Numbered from the stretch's first letter, positions 8,873 through 19,116 are shown. The stretch is 64,000 bases of DNA from an uncultured Chloroflexia bacterium (GCA_963748625.1 CAVVJT010000004.1:320001-384000); one strand, 5' to 3'. The notes: generated by a model from the sequence alone, not told the origin. Made by a program: numbers and translations.

Positions 8873-9598
8873 ATTGGCGCCCAGGTCGCGGATCCGGTAG
8901 CCCACTCCCGGTTCGGTGCGGATCAGGTCGTCGAGCGTGCCATCAGGGTCGGAGGCCGCGAGCTTGCGGCGCAGCTGGCTCACGTGCACGTAGACGTAGC
9001 TGTCCTCGCCCTGGTACGCCTCGCCCCAGACGGCCCGGAGCAGGCGGCCCTTGGTGACGACACGGCCGCGATGGGTGAGCAGGATGCGCAGGAGCTCGAA
9101 CTCGCGCGGGGTCAGGTCCACGCGCCGTCCGTCGACCGTCACCTCGTGCGTGGCGGCGTCCAGGACGAGCGGGCCCGTCGCGATCCGGCCGGCGGCGTCC
9201 CCGCCGGGCCCGACGGCCCGGCGCAGCGCCACCCGGAGGCGGGCCCGGAGCTCGTCCACCCCAAAGGGTTTGGTCACGTAGTCGTCCGCTCCCCGGTCGA
9301 GCGCCTCGACCTTCTCGCGCTCCTCGTACCGGCCCGACAGGATCACGATCGGGGTGGCCGCCTCCCGGCGCATCGTGCCGACGAGCGTGAGCCCGTCCAT
9401 GTCCGGCAACCCGAGGTCGAGCAGGACGAGATCCGGCCGACGCGCTGCCCAGCGCTCCAGGGCCGTCCGGCCGTCGGGCGCCTCCACAACGGTGTAGCCG
9501 CCCGAGGCGAGCTCCCGGACGAGCGCCGCGCGCGTCTCGGCATCGTCCTCCACGACCAGGATCGTGGGCCCGGTGCCGGGTGCGGGGCTGCGCATCAT
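8867..9598 (-). CDS. kdpE: KdpE-like OmpR-family response regulator
   Basis: VVEDD, LLDLGLPDMDG, KVEALDRGADDYVTKPFG, LTPREF, VSQLRRKL, IRTEPGVGY. Confidence 0.9.
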   Translation of the reverse strand: MMRSPAPGTGPTILVVEDDAETRAALVRELASGGYTVVEAPDGRTALERWAARRPDLVLLDLGLPDMDGLTLVGTMRREAATPIVILSGRYEEREKVEALDRGADDYVTKPFGVDELRARLRVALRRAVGPGGDAAGRIATGPLVLDAATHEVTVDGRRVDLTPREFELLRILLTHRGRVVTKGRLLRAVWGEAYQGEDSYVYVHVSQLRRKLAASDPDGTLDDLIRTEPGVGYRIRDLGANP

Positions 9599-11199
9599 GC
9601 GGGCGTCCGGGCGTACAGGCCTGCCTCGCCGTCGGCGGCCTGTGCGACCTCACCGTCGGCAGGCGCCTCGCCGGGGAGTGCGCCCGCGGGCAGGTCGATG
9701 TCCACGGCCAGCCCGCCCAGCGCGCCCCGCCGCGCGGCCACCGCGCCCCCCATCGCCTCGATCAGGCCGCGCGTCACCGCGAGCCCGATGCCGGTCCCCT
9801 CCCTCGATCGCCTGCCCGAGCCCGGGACGCGGTAGAACTTCTCGAACAGCCGGTCCAGGTGCTCGGGGGCGACGCCGGAGCCGTCGTCCTCCACGGTGAG
9901 GCGCACGCGCTCCGGATCGAGGTCCCGCGCCGTGACCAGGATGCGGGCGCCGTCGGGCGTGTGCTTCAGGGCATTGTCGAGGACGTTCGTCACCGCCTCA
10001 TCCACGAACACCGCGTCCACCACGACCGGGGCGGAACGCAGGTCGGCCTGGAGGGTGCGCGCGCCGAGGCGCTGGCGGGTGCTGTCGAGCGCGCGCGCGA
10101 GGAGGTCGTCGAGGTCGAACAGCTCGCGGTTCGCCCGTAGCGCGCCCGCCTCGATCCGGGAGAGGTCGAGCAGGTTGGTGACCATCCGGTTGAGGTACTC
10201 GACCTCACGCTCGATCGCGTCAGCGCTGGCGCGGCGGTCCTCGTCCGACAGGCTCGTGCCCGGGCGCAGGCTGCCGGCCGCCGCGCGGATGGTGGCGAGC
10301 GGCGTGCGCAGGTCGTGCGACACGGACTGGAGGAGCGCGCTCTTGAGGGCGTCGCTCTCCCGCGCGATCTCGGACGCGCGGACCCGGTCCTCGACCATGT
10401 CGTGCGCGAGCGCCTGGCCCACCTGGTCCGCGACCGCGGCCATCAGCCGCGTGCCCACTGCGTCCGGCTCGCCGAGCACGCGGGGGCGCTCGGCCCACAG
10501 CGAGCCGAGGGGCTCGCCGCTCGCCTCGATGCGGACGCGGTAGGTGTCCACGGGACCGGCAGTACGGCGGCCCGCCTCAGGGCGCTGGACGATCGACCAG
10601 CGCGCCGGCTCATCACCGGGCGTCCGCTGGAGGACCCGGTGGCGGGCGGGCAGCGCGGGCGGACGGGCAGCGCCGGTGTCCGCGAGCACCGTCTCCGCCG
10701 CCGGATCCGGACCAGTGGCGATCCAGGCGCGCTCGAGCCCAACCTGCGCCCGGAGCGACCCCAGGATGGCGCTCGTGGCCTCCGCCATCGACGTGCGGGT
10801 GGCGAGGGCGCGGCTGGTGCCGAACAGCGCCCGGGCCTCCAGGGCGGCGGCGTCCGCAGCATCGGCACGACGTCGCTGGAGGGCGGCGAGCTCACCCACC
10901 GTCACGCCCACGAACAGCAGCAGCACCACGCTGAGCAGCACCCCCGAGTCATGGATCGCGAAGGTGAACCGGGGCTCGGTGAACCAGAAGTTGTACAGGG
11001 CGGCTGAGCCGACCGCCGTCACGACCGCACCGCCGGTGCCGACGAGCAGGGCGGCGAGGACGACGGCGACGAGGTAGGCGGACGAGGCGTTGGCCACGCC
11101 GACGGCATGCTCCAGGGCCGCGACGGCCAGCGTGGCGGCGGCCAGCAGTGCCAGGACGATGAGGACGGCGCGTATCGCGCGCCAGAGAGGACCGTGCAT
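9595..11199 (-). CDS. kdpD: KdpD-like sensor histidine kinase lacking the N-terminal KdpD/Usp domains
   Basis: Four TMs with YNFWFTEPRFTFAI (DUF4118), GAF-like region, SVSHDLRTPL, LLDLSRIEAG and GTGIGL; TAGGAT -10 hexamer 7 nt before the ATG at 11199. Confidence 0.85.
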   Translation of the reverse strand: MHGPLWRAIRAVLIVLALLAAATLAVAALEHAVGVANASSAYLVAVVLAALLVGTGGAVVTAVGSAALYNFWFTEPRFTFAIHDSGVLLSVVLLLFVGVTVGELAALQRRRADAADAAALEARALFGTSRALATRTSMAEATSAILGSLRAQVGLERAWIATGPDPAAETVLADTGAARPPALPARHRVLQRTPGDEPARWSIVQRPEAGRRTAGPVDTYRVRIEASGEPLGSLWAERPRVLGEPDAVGTRLMAAVADQVGQALAHDMVEDRVRASEIARESDALKSALLQSVSHDLRTPLATIRAAAGSLRPGTSLSDEDRRASADAIEREVEYLNRMVTNLLDLSRIEAGALRANRELFDLDDLLARALDSTRQRLGARTLQADLRSAPVVVDAVFVDEAVTNVLDNALKHTPDGARILVTARDLDPERVRLTVEDDGSGVAPEHLDRLFEKFYRVPGSGRRSREGTGIGLAVTRGLIEAMGGAVAARRGALGGLAVDIDLPAGALPGEAPADGEVAQAADGEAGLYARTPA

Positions 11200-11713
11200 G
11201 GCGCCGATCCTACCCCTCAGGTCGGACGCATTCCCGACCGCGGGGTGCCTCAGTCGCCATGTGCGCGCCGCCCCGCTGTCTCCGGCACACGGGGGGACGC
11301 CCGTCCCCGGGGACGCCGACGGAGTGTGCGGGCCCGAGCTACCCGGCGCGCGTTGCCCCGGGGACGAGGGCGCCCGACCTCCCCCTGGGAACGTCTGGCG
11401 CGTCACCATCGTGCGCGTCGTCACTTATGCGCCGCTTATCTCGCTCCACCGGTCTGGCACCGTGCATCGCTGGCGGATCACCGTGGTACGCCGGGGGTGC
11501 CACGACGCGCACGCCCCACCCCGGGGGCGTTTCGGAGTCCCTTCCGCACGCGGTGCGCTCGTAACCCGGGGTTTCGCCCCCGGCTCGTGCTCAGACGGCC
11601 GCGAAGCGGCCCCCACGTGGGGCGAGACGCGACACATGCACCCGGTGAGCGGCGCCTGCCACCCTCCTGCCGGCTGTGCCTACGCGGGGCCAGCCGATGA
11701 CGAGGAGGCGGCG

Positions 11714-11970
11714 ATGACCGGCGCCGGCCTACGTCATTGCGGAGCGGTCGATGGAGCTCGCAGCACGTTCGCGACCTGGTCCACAAGCCACGACAGGTCC
11801 TCGCCTGCCGCTAGGAGCGTCGTCGCGGCGAAGTGCTGGAGCCGCGTCCTCGCAAACACGTCCGTCACGACGACGGCCAACTTCTACGGCCACGTGCAGC
11901 CCGCGATGCTCAAGTGGTCCGCGAACAGGTTGGCCAAGCTCATGCGCGAGGTGTCGGGGACCAGGCCTGA
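11714..11970 (+). pseudogene. C-terminal remnant of a tyrosine recombinase/integrase
   Basis: Translation ...ARSTFATW...SRVLANTSVTTTANFYGHVQPAML..SANRL resembles HxLRHTFAT...SxxLGHxxxxxTxxxYxH; lies beside the tRNA-Lys 3' end. Confidence 0.6.
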
Positions 11971-11998
11971 GGGTACGCACGTGGTGGCGGCCGACAAG

Positions 11999-12031
11999 AA
12001 GCCCCCTCCCGGCAATGCCCGGAGGGGGCTT
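11999..12031 (-). terminator. Intrinsic terminator-like hairpin after tRNA-Lys
   Basis: AAGCCCCCTCC...GGAGGGGGCTT inverted repeat with a short T-rich tail on the minus strand. Confidence 0.65.
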
Positions 12032-12046
12032 CCAACGTTCAGGAGT

Positions 12047-12121
12047 TGGTGAGCCGGCAGGGATTCGAACCCTGAACCTAGTGATTAAGAGTCACTTGCT
12101 CTACCGTTGAGCTACCGGCCC
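12047..12121 (-). tRNA. tRNA-Lys (CTT)
   Basis: GGGCCGGTAGCTCAACGGTAGAGCAAGTGACTCTTAATCACTAGGTTCAGGGTTCGAATCCCTGCCGGCTCACCA folds as a cloverleaf with encoded CCA. Confidence 0.97.
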
Positions 12122-12425
12122 GGAACCGCGGGAGAGGATAGCGCACATCGGCTTGGTCGCGCGACGGTAGCGGCGCGGCGGGCTGTCTCCGGGTTCGTGG
12201 CGCGCGCCACGTGACGGGTGGTCACGATGGCGCTCGTGCTCGCGTAGCAATACCTTGCCGGTTCCGTGTCGTCGCGTTCTCGAGGTGGCAACGGCAGAAC
12301 GGTGTATGGGGACAGTTCGGGCGTAAGAGGGTCGTGCTGTTGCTCGGGCAGTAACAATGCGGCAGGACGAGGGCGATCTATTGCCTCGCGCGCACGGCGG
12401 TCCCAGCGCGCGGCCCCCGCGCCAC

Positions 12426-13661
12426 TCAGACCCGCTCGACCGCCATCGCCACCGATCCGCCGCCGCCCAGGCAGAGCGTCGCCAGCCCGTACCGCCCGCC
12501 ACGCCTCGCCAGCTCATGGACAAGCGTCGCCATGATCCGCGCACCGGATGCCCCGATCGGATGCCCGAGTGCGATCGCGCCCCCGTTCACGTTGACCTTC
12601 GCCCAGTCCAGGCCGAGCTCCCGGCCATCGGCGAGGACCTGGGCCGCGAACGCCTCGTTGATCTCGACGAGGTCGTAGTCCGCGGGCGCCAGGCCCGTCC
12701 GCCGCTCCAGTTCGCGGACCCCCTTGACGGGCGCGAGGAACAGCCACTTGGGCTCAACCTCCGCCTGGGCATACCCAACGATCCGTGCCATCGGCGTGAG
12801 GCCGTGCCGCTCGACGGCCCGCTCCGACGCGACGACCACCGCCGCTCCACCGTCGGTGATGCCGGGCGCGTTGCCGGCCGTGACGGTCCCCACCTGCGCA
12901 TCGCCGCGGTCATCACCTGTGGGCAGGTCGAACACGGGCGCGAGACGGGCCAGCGCCTCCACGGACGAATCGCGTCGGGGCCCCTCGTCCAGCGTCACGA
13001 CGGTCTCGCGGCCCTTCGCATCGCGGATGGTCACGGGCGCCATCTCGGCATCGAATCGGCCGGCATCCTGGGCCGCGACGGCACGCTGGTGGCTCTCGAG
13101 CGCGAACCGGTCCTGGTCCTCGCGCGACACGCCCGCCTTGATCGCCACGCGCTCCGCGTGCGTGCCCATGTGGCAGTCGTCCACGGCGCACCAGAGACCG
13201 TCCGCGACGGCCGAGTCATCGAGCGATCCGGCGCCGAGCCGGTAGCCGAAGCGCGCCTTGCGCAGCATGTAGGGCGCAAGATTCATCGACTCCATGCCGC
13301 CCGCGACATACAGGTCGCCGTCACCCGCGCGGATGCCGGCGGCGGCCAGCATGATCGCCTTGAGCCCCGAGCCGCAGACGCGGTTGATGGTGGTCGCCGG
13401 GGTGGATGTGGAAAGGCCGGCGCGAAGCAGCGCCTGCCGCGCAGGTGCCTGGCCGGCGCCACCCTGGAGCACCTGGCCCATCAGGACCTCGTCGAACGGG
13501 GCGTCCAGGGCCAGGCCGGCACGCTCCACCGCCGCGCGGATCGCCACGGCGCCCAGCTCCACTGCGGGCACCGCTGCGAGCGATCCGCCGAACTTGCCGA
13601 TGGGGGTCCGCGCCGCGCTCACGATGTAGACGGCGCCGTTGGGTCCTGCTGCATGCTCCAT
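12426..13661 (-). CDS. atoB: Acetyl-CoA C-acetyltransferase (thiolase)
   Basis: RTPIGKFGG, INRVCGSG, EINEAFAAQ, NVNGGAIALGHPIGASG, TLCLGGG. Confidence 0.93.
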   Translation of the reverse strand: MEHAAGPNGAVYIVSAARTPIGKFGGSLAAVPAVELGAVAIRAAVERAGLALDAPFDEVLMGQVLQGGAGQAPARQALLRAGLSTSTPATTINRVCGSGLKAIMLAAAGIRAGDGDLYVAGGMESMNLAPYMLRKARFGYRLGAGSLDDSAVADGLWCAVDDCHMGTHAERVAIKAGVSREDQDRFALESHQRAVAAQDAGRFDAEMAPVTIRDAKGRETVVTLDEGPRRDSSVEALARLAPVFDLPTGDDRGDAQVGTVTAGNAPGITDGGAAVVVASERAVERHGLTPMARIVGYAQAEVEPKWLFLAPVKGVRELERRTGLAPADYDLVEINEAFAAQVLADGRELGLDWAKVNVNGGAIALGHPIGASGARIMATLVHELARRGGRYGLATLCLGGGGSVAMAVERV

Positions 13662-13747
13662 CTCGCGACTCTACACCGGAAGGGGTGCGGAGCCGGTGGC
13701 GCCGGGCGGTAGCATCAGCCGGACAGCCCGCCCCACCGAGGCCCGTC

Positions 13748-14731
13748 GTGCCCGAACCGGAACCCGTCGCGCCCGTCGCGCCGCTCGCACCGCACGCGTC
13801 GCCCGATCCGCACGAGCTGCTGCGCGACGCGTCTGCCACCCTTGATGCCGACGGTCGTGTCCGAGGCTGGAATGCCGCAGCGGCCATGCGTTTCGGCGTC
13901 CGCCCTCCCGACGCTGTCGGGCGAAGCCTGGAGGAGCTCGGTGCACCCGGCGCGGACCCGTCGCTGGCGCGGCTGCCGCTGGCCCGGGGAGGCACGCTCG
14001 CCGTGTGGCACGCCGATGAGCCGCCGGGCAACGAGCAGATCCTGCTCGCGAAGGCCCGCGCGCTCGAGTTCCTCGCAGGACCGGTCAGGCACGATCTCTC
14101 GAACCCGCTCAACGCCCTCCTGCTGTTCGCGAGCCTGGTCAAGCTCGAGGGCGGGGTCCCCGAGGACATGACCGGCGAGATGGATGCCGTCGCGGAGGCG
14201 GCCGGCCGTGCCCACCGTCTGATGTCGCTGGACCTGGAGCTCATGCGCCACCGCGCGGCGGTCGTGGCGCCCGTACGGCCGGCCACGCTGGTCGGTGAGG
14301 TGCTCGACCTGGCGGGCTATCTCCTGGTGGACGTGGACACCGCGGTCGACGTCCCCGAGGACCTCCCCGACGCGGAAGCCGATCCGGGCGGTGTCCGCCT
14401 CGCGCTGGTGCTGGTGCTGCTGAACGCGGTCCGTGCGCTGGGTGGCCCGAAGGCCACGGGTCGCCTCTGGATCACCGGGCGGGTCGTCGGACAGGCCGCA
14501 GCCATCGAGATCGTGGTTGCCGACGACGCCGCCGGCGTCAGCGCTGAGGAGCGGCCCCACCTGTTCGACGCCCTGCCGCCGGTCCGCGCAGGTCGGGCGG
14601 GGGCGGATCTCGCTGTCGCGCGGACCCTGCTCCGCCGCGACAGCGGAGAGCTGCGCTTCGAGTCAGGCCCTGATGGCGCCAACCGCTTCGTCCTGGCCGT
14701 GCCACAGCTGGGCCACCAGGCGTCCGCCTGA
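13748..14731 (+). CDS. PAS + HisKA + HATPase histidine kinase-like protein with degenerate G boxes
   Basis: PAS-like LDADGRVRGWNAAA; H-box RHDLSNPL; N-box LLNAVRA; G1 reads DDAAG and G2 reads RAGADL. Confidence 0.7.
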   Translation: MPEPEPVAPVAPLAPHASPDPHELLRDASATLDADGRVRGWNAAAAMRFGVRPPDAVGRSLEELGAPGADPSLARLPLARGGTLAVWHADEPPGNEQILLAKARALEFLAGPVRHDLSNPLNALLLFASLVKLEGGVPEDMTGEMDAVAEAAGRAHRLMSLDLELMRHRAAVVAPVRPATLVGEVLDLAGYLLVDVDTAVDVPEDLPDAEADPGGVRLALVLVLLNAVRALGGPKATGRLWITGRVVGQAAAIEIVVADDAAGVSAEERPHLFDALPPVRAGRAGADLAVARTLLRRDSGELRFESGPDGANRFVLAVPQLGHQASA

Positions 14732-14734
14732 CCC

Positions 14735-15595
14735 CTACCGCGGGTAGGTATGGAACCCCCGGCCCGTCTTCTGGCCCAGGTGCCCCTCCGCGACCAGCCG
14801 CTCCAGGACAGCCGGCGCCGCGAACTGGGGCCCGCCGATGCCCTCGTCGAGCACCCGCATGATCCCGAGGCACACGTCGAGGCCGATGAAGTCCGCGAGC
14901 TCCAACGGGCCCATCGGGTGGTTCAGGCCCACCTTCGCCCCAGTGTCGATGTCGTCGGCTGAGCCGACGCCTTGCTCGTAGGCGCGCATCGCCTCGCCCA
15001 GGAACGGGATCAGGATCCGGTTGACGATGAACCCCGGCCGGTCGGCCGACACGATCACCTGCTTGCCGAGCTCCCCTGCGAGAGCACGGACCGCCTGCTC
15101 GGTGGCATCGTCGGTCGCGGCGCCCCGGATCAGCTCCACGAGGGGCATCACGGGCACCGGGCTGAAGAAGTGCATGCCCAGGAACCGCGTGCGACGTGCC
15201 TCGCCCACCGAGGCCGCCAGCTGGTCGATCGCGATCGACGACGTGTTCGACGCGAAGATGCACTCAGACCGGGCGACGGCATCCAGCTGCGCCCACAGGC
15301 GAGCCTTGACGTCGACGTCCTCGAACACGGCCTCGATGACGAGGTCCGCATCCTCGGCCTGCCCGAGATCGGACGTGCCGGTGAGCCGGGTCAGGATCGC
15401 CGCACGGGCCTCGTCGGTCAGCTTGCCCTTGGCGACCGCGCGCTCGAGATTGCCGGCGATCCGCGCGATGCCCGCCTCGGCACGCGCAAGGTCGGGCTCG
15501 TAGACCGTCACCTCCTTGCCGGTGGCGGCATGGACCTGCGCGATGCCGTGGCCCATGAGGCCGGCCCCCGCGACGAAGACGCGCTCGACGGACAT
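14735..15595 (-). CDS. hbd: 3-hydroxybutyryl/3-hydroxyacyl-CoA dehydrogenase
   Basis: GAGLMGHGIAQ, IEAVFE, ASNTSS, GMHFFSPVP, PGFIVNR, HPMGPLELADFIGLD. Confidence 0.92.
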   Translation of the reverse strand: MSVERVFVAGAGLMGHGIAQVHAATGKEVTVYEPDLARAEAGIARIAGNLERAVAKGKLTDEARAAILTRLTGTSDLGQAEDADLVIEAVFEDVDVKARLWAQLDAVARSECIFASNTSSIAIDQLAASVGEARRTRFLGMHFFSPVPVMPLVELIRGAATDDATEQAVRALAGELGKQVIVSADRPGFIVNRILIPFLGEAMRAYEQGVGSADDIDTGAKVGLNHPMGPLELADFIGLDVCLGIMRVLDEGIGGPQFAAPAVLERLVAEGHLGQKTGRGFHTYPR

Positions 15596-16614
15596 CAGGA
15601 CTCCTTGCGTTCGATCGCGGCGAGCAGGAGGTCGGCTGCCGCGTACGGATCGAGGGTGTGCTCGGCGACAGCCTCGATGGCCTCGGCGGTCAGCCCGGCG
15701 GCCCGCGGATCGAGCAGGCGTGCCCATACCCGCTCAGCGACCAGGGCCCTGACCTGCGCCTCTGCACGGGCTCGGCGCGCAGCGCGGGTCGGGCCGTTAG
15801 AGCCCGCCGCATGGTGGCGGTCCAGCGCCACGAGCAGCGCGGGCACGCCATCGCCGGTGGCTGCCGTTGTCACCAGGACTTCGGGCCGCTTGGGCCGGTG
15901 GGCCGCAGCGTCGCTGGCCCCGGCCCCGGCAGGCTGCATCGGCGGCACCAGCATCGCGCGCAGTTGCGCCGCGGTCCGCTGGGCGCCCGGCCGGTCGCCC
16001 TTGTTGACCACCACGATGTCGGCCACCTCGAGCAGCCCTGCCTTGATCGCCTGGATCTCGTCGCCCATCTCGGGCGCCTCGAGGACCACCGTCGTGTCGG
16101 CGGCGGCGGCCACCTCGACCTCGCTCTGTCCCGTGCCGACCGTCTCGAGCAGCACCATGCCGAACCCGGCCGCCGCGAGGACGGCAGCCGCCGCGGCCGA
16201 CGTTGACGCCAGGCCCCCAGCGTGGCCGCGGGACGCCATCGAGCGGATGAAGACGGCGTCGTCCGACGCGTAGGCCTGCATCCGGACGCGGTCACCCAGC
16301 AGCGCGCCGCCGGTGATCGGAGACGACGGATCGACGGCGACCACGGCCACCGACCGGTCCTGCGCCCGCAGCTCGGCGATCAGCGCGGCCACCAAGGTGG
16401 ACTTGCCGGCCCCGGGCGGCCCGGTGATCCCCACCAGGTGGGAGCGGCCGGCCTCCGGGTAGAGCAGGCGCAGGGCGTGCTCGGCGACGGGCGTGTGGTT
16501 CTCGACGGCGGTGAGCAGGCGTGCCAGGGCCCGGCGGTCGCCGGCGCGGGCGGCGTCCGCGAGGAGCGCGGCTCGCTCGGCAGGGGTGGACCCGGCCGTT
16601 CGTGCGTCGGTCAT
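15595..16614 (-). CDS. meaB: MeaB/ArgK GTPase chaperone of B12-dependent acyl-CoA mutase
   Basis: GITGPPGAGKST, DPSSPITGGALLGDRVRM, ETVGTGQSE, NKGD. Confidence 0.93.
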   Translation of the reverse strand: MTDARTAGSTPAERAALLADAARAGDRRALARLLTAVENHTPVAEHALRLLYPEAGRSHLVGITGPPGAGKSTLVAALIAELRAQDRSVAVVAVDPSSPITGGALLGDRVRMQAYASDDAVFIRSMASRGHAGGLASTSAAAAAVLAAAGFGMVLLETVGTGQSEVEVAAAADTTVVLEAPEMGDEIQAIKAGLLEVADIVVVNKGDRPGAQRTAAQLRAMLVPPMQPAGAGASDAAAHRPKRPEVLVTTAATGDGVPALLVALDRHHAAGSNGPTRAARRARAEAQVRALVAERVWARLLDPRAAGLTAEAIEAVAEHTLDPYAAADLLLAAIERKES

Positions 16615-16659
16615 GCGGTCATCGCAGCGGTCATGCGGTCGGCGCAGCCATGCCCGACG

Positions 16660-17064
16660 TCAGTCAAGGGTCCGCGCGTTCGCCCTGATGAAATCGGCCA
16701 CCTCTCGGATGGTGGTGCCCGGGCCGAACACGTCCGCCACGCCCGCGGCCTTGAGCGGCTCGATGTCGTCGTCGGGAATGATCCCGCCCACGGTGACGAG
16801 CACGTCGTCCAAGCCGCGCTCGCGCAGCTGGGCGCACACCCGCGGCACCAGGGTCATGTGGGCGCCGGACAGGATGGACAGGCCGACGACGTCGACGTCC
16901 TCCTGCAGGGCGGCGGTCACGATCATCTCGGGTGTCTGGCGAAGGCCCGTGTAGACGACCTCGAAGCCCTCGTCCCGCAAGCCGCGGGCGAGGACCTTGG
17001 CCCCGCGGTCGTGGCCGTCGAGGCCGGGCTTGGCGATCAGCACCTTGAGCGGTCGGTCGGTCAT
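16660..17064 (-). CDS. Acyl-CoA mutase small, cobalamin-binding subunit (IcmB/MCM C-terminal type)
   Basis: [26 protein letters not shown] and FGPGT; TACAAT -10 hexamer 6 nt before the ATG. Confidence 0.92.
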   Translation of the reverse strand: MTDRPLKVLIAKPGLDGHDRGAKVLARGLRDEGFEVVYTGLRQTPEMIVTAALQEDVDVVGLSILSGAHMTLVPRVCAQLRERGLDDVLVTVGGIIPDDDIEPLKAAGVADVFGPGTTIREVADFIRANARTLD

Positions 17065-17095
17065 GGCGGGATTGTAGAGCGCGCGCGAACGCAGA

Positions 17096-17138
17096 GACAC
17101 CCGGGACCCGGCGATCGTCTCGCGAGGTCCCGGGTGTC
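17096..17138 (-). terminator. Hairpin terminator downstream of the ScyD/ScyE-family gene
   Basis: 13-bp inverted repeat GACACCCGGGACC...GGTCCCGGGTGTC. Confidence 0.55.
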
Positions 17139-17164
17139 GGCAGATGCGGCCGGTGGCAGCCGTG

Positions 17165-18226
17165 CTACGGCATGATCGCGAGCACCTGGCCGTTCGGCAT
17201 CACGCTCATGTTCGTCACGTACACGGTGCCGTTGCGGGCGACGGCAACGTCGGCCGGAGCCGTCAGCTCGCCCTCCGCAAGCTCGTGCCGCTGGCCGTCG
17301 TGGACGCGGATCAGCGCCCCGGTCGGGTCGCCGCCCGTGAACAGCGCCATCAGGCCCGCCTTCGCCATCTCGACCACGTACAGGCTGCCATCCCGGCCGA
17401 AGTCGATGCCGGTGACCGACGTGAATCCGTCAGCAAAGAGCGAGCAGCCGTCGGACGTGTCGTCGTCACAGACGGCGCCGTTCGCCCACCGCTCGATCCG
17501 CCAGATGCGGGACGCGCCCGGCGTGAACGGGAAGCCCGTGAGCTCGCCCACGTAGTAGGCGCCATCGGGGCCGATCGCCACCGTCGTGGGAACCGCCTCT
17601 GCGGGCACCTCGGGCGGTAGCCCCATCTCGGGCGGCAGGTGGGAGGTGGACACCACGTGCAGCGGGATCGTCGCAAGTGTCCGCTTCACGCCACGCGGGC
17701 CGAGCAGCAGGACATCGTTGTTGGCGGCGTCGGTCACCACGAACCGGCCCGACCCGACGGCGACAAGGCCGTACGGGTTGGACTCGATCGGGTTGCCGTC
17801 CTTGTCCTGCGGATCGGGGTCTGTCGCCTGGTACGCCCCGATGTCGGCGACCTGGTAGCGGTGGCCGGACACCCTGCGCAGGGTGCCGAACCGCGGATCC
17901 CCAGCGCCCTCGCCAACGAGCGCGAACACGTTGCCGTTGCCCGTGATCGCCACGTTCACCGGACCCGAGACCTCGCCCTCACCAAGCTCGGCAACCGGCA
18001 GGCCGGAGACGATGGCGGTCGCCGTGCCGTTGGCGATCCGCGAGATCTCGCCGCTTCCGGCCTCGGCGACGAGGATGCGGCCGTTGGCGCCGATGTCGAT
18101 GCCGCGCGGATTGTTGAGACCCGAGGCGACGACGGCCGTGTCGGCCGCCCCGGCGCCGCCGGCGGCGAGGCTGGCCAGGAGCAACGCCGGTATGGCGGCT
18201 CCGAGAATCCTGTGCTGCGCCTTCAT
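17165..18226 (-). CDS. Secreted ScyD/ScyE-family beta-propeller protein
   Basis: Signal peptide; [52 protein letters not shown]...SRIWRI. Confidence 0.8.
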   Translation of the reverse strand: MKAQHRILGAAIPALLLASLAAGGAGAADTAVVASGLNNPRGIDIGANGRILVAEAGSGEISRIANGTATAIVSGLPVAELGEGEVSGPVNVAITGNGNVFALVGEGAGDPRFGTLRRVSGHRYQVADIGAYQATDPDPQDKDGNPIESNPYGLVAVGSGRFVVTDAANNDVLLLGPRGVKRTLATIPLHVVSTSHLPPEMGLPPEVPAEAVPTTVAIGPDGAYYVGELTGFPFTPGASRIWRIERWANGAVCDDDTSDGCSLFADGFTSVTGIDFGRDGSLYVVEMAKAGLMALFTGGDPTGALIRVHDGQRHELAEGELTAPADVAVARNGTVYVTNMSVMPNGQVLAIMP

Positions 18227-18420
18227 GCGGGCGCGTCCTCCCATGCAGCGGCGAGCCGGGTTCGCCATTGGCTCGGCGCGACCGGGATGGCGATCCATGT
18301 AGGACGCGGTCACGTGTCAGGGCCTCTCGCGCGCAAGGACGGATGATTGCAGGGCGTCCCTCTCACGGGGAGGGTGATTTACCCAGATTCTGTGCCAGTC
18401 GGGCGTTTGTCACGCGTTTG

Positions 18421-19116
18421 TCATGCGCCGGGCGAAGGCCGTCCGATGTGCGCGAAGAACTCGGCGCGAGTCTTGTCGTTGCGCCGGAACAGGCCCAGGA
18501 CTGCGGCGGTCGTCATCACCGTCCCAGGCTTCTGGACCCCGCGCATCGCGGCGCACAGGTGGGTCGCCTCGAGGACCACACCGACCCCCTTGGGCGCCAA
18601 CGTCTCCATCAGGAAGTCGGCGATCTGCTGTGTCATCCGCTCCTGGACCTGGAGCCGGCGTGCGTACATCTCCACGATCCGCGGGATCTTCGAGAGGCCG
18701 ATCACCCGGCCCTCGGGCACGTAGGCGACATGCGCCGTACCGAAGAACGGCAGGAGGTGGTGCTCGCACAGCGAGTAGAACGTGATCTCCTTCACGACGA
18801 CCATCTCGCTGTAGCCGACGTTGAAGATCGCGCCGTTGACGAGACGCTCCGGGTCCACGTGGTAGCCGGCGGTGAGCTCGTGGTACATCCGGTGCATCCG
18901 GTCCGGTGTCGCGCGCAGGCCCTCGCGATCGGGATCCTCCCCCACCTCCAGCAGGATCTGGCGCACGGCCGCCTCGATGCCGCCCGCGGAGGCCGGGACC
19001 GCACCAGGGGGTGTGGCCGGGTGCGGGTCCGCCTCGTCGTCGATGTCGTGCTCGATCTCGTCAACGATGCGACGGACGGTCTCAGACAGATCGCGGTGGT
19101 CGGCAGGCTCGGTCAT
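18421..19116 (-). CDS. folE: GTP cyclohydrolase I
   Basis: [46 protein letters not shown]. Confidence 0.96.
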   Translation of the reverse strand: MTEPADHRDLSETVRRIVDEIEHDIDDEADPHPATPPGAVPASAGGIEAAVRQILLEVGEDPDREGLRATPDRMHRMYHELTAGYHVDPERLVNGAIFNVGYSEMVVVKEITFYSLCEHHLLPFFGTAHVAYVPEGRVIGLSKIPRIVEMYARRLQVQERMTQQIADFLMETLAPKGVGVVLEATHLCAAMRGVQKPGTVMTTAAVLGLFRRNDKTRAEFFAHIGRPSPGA

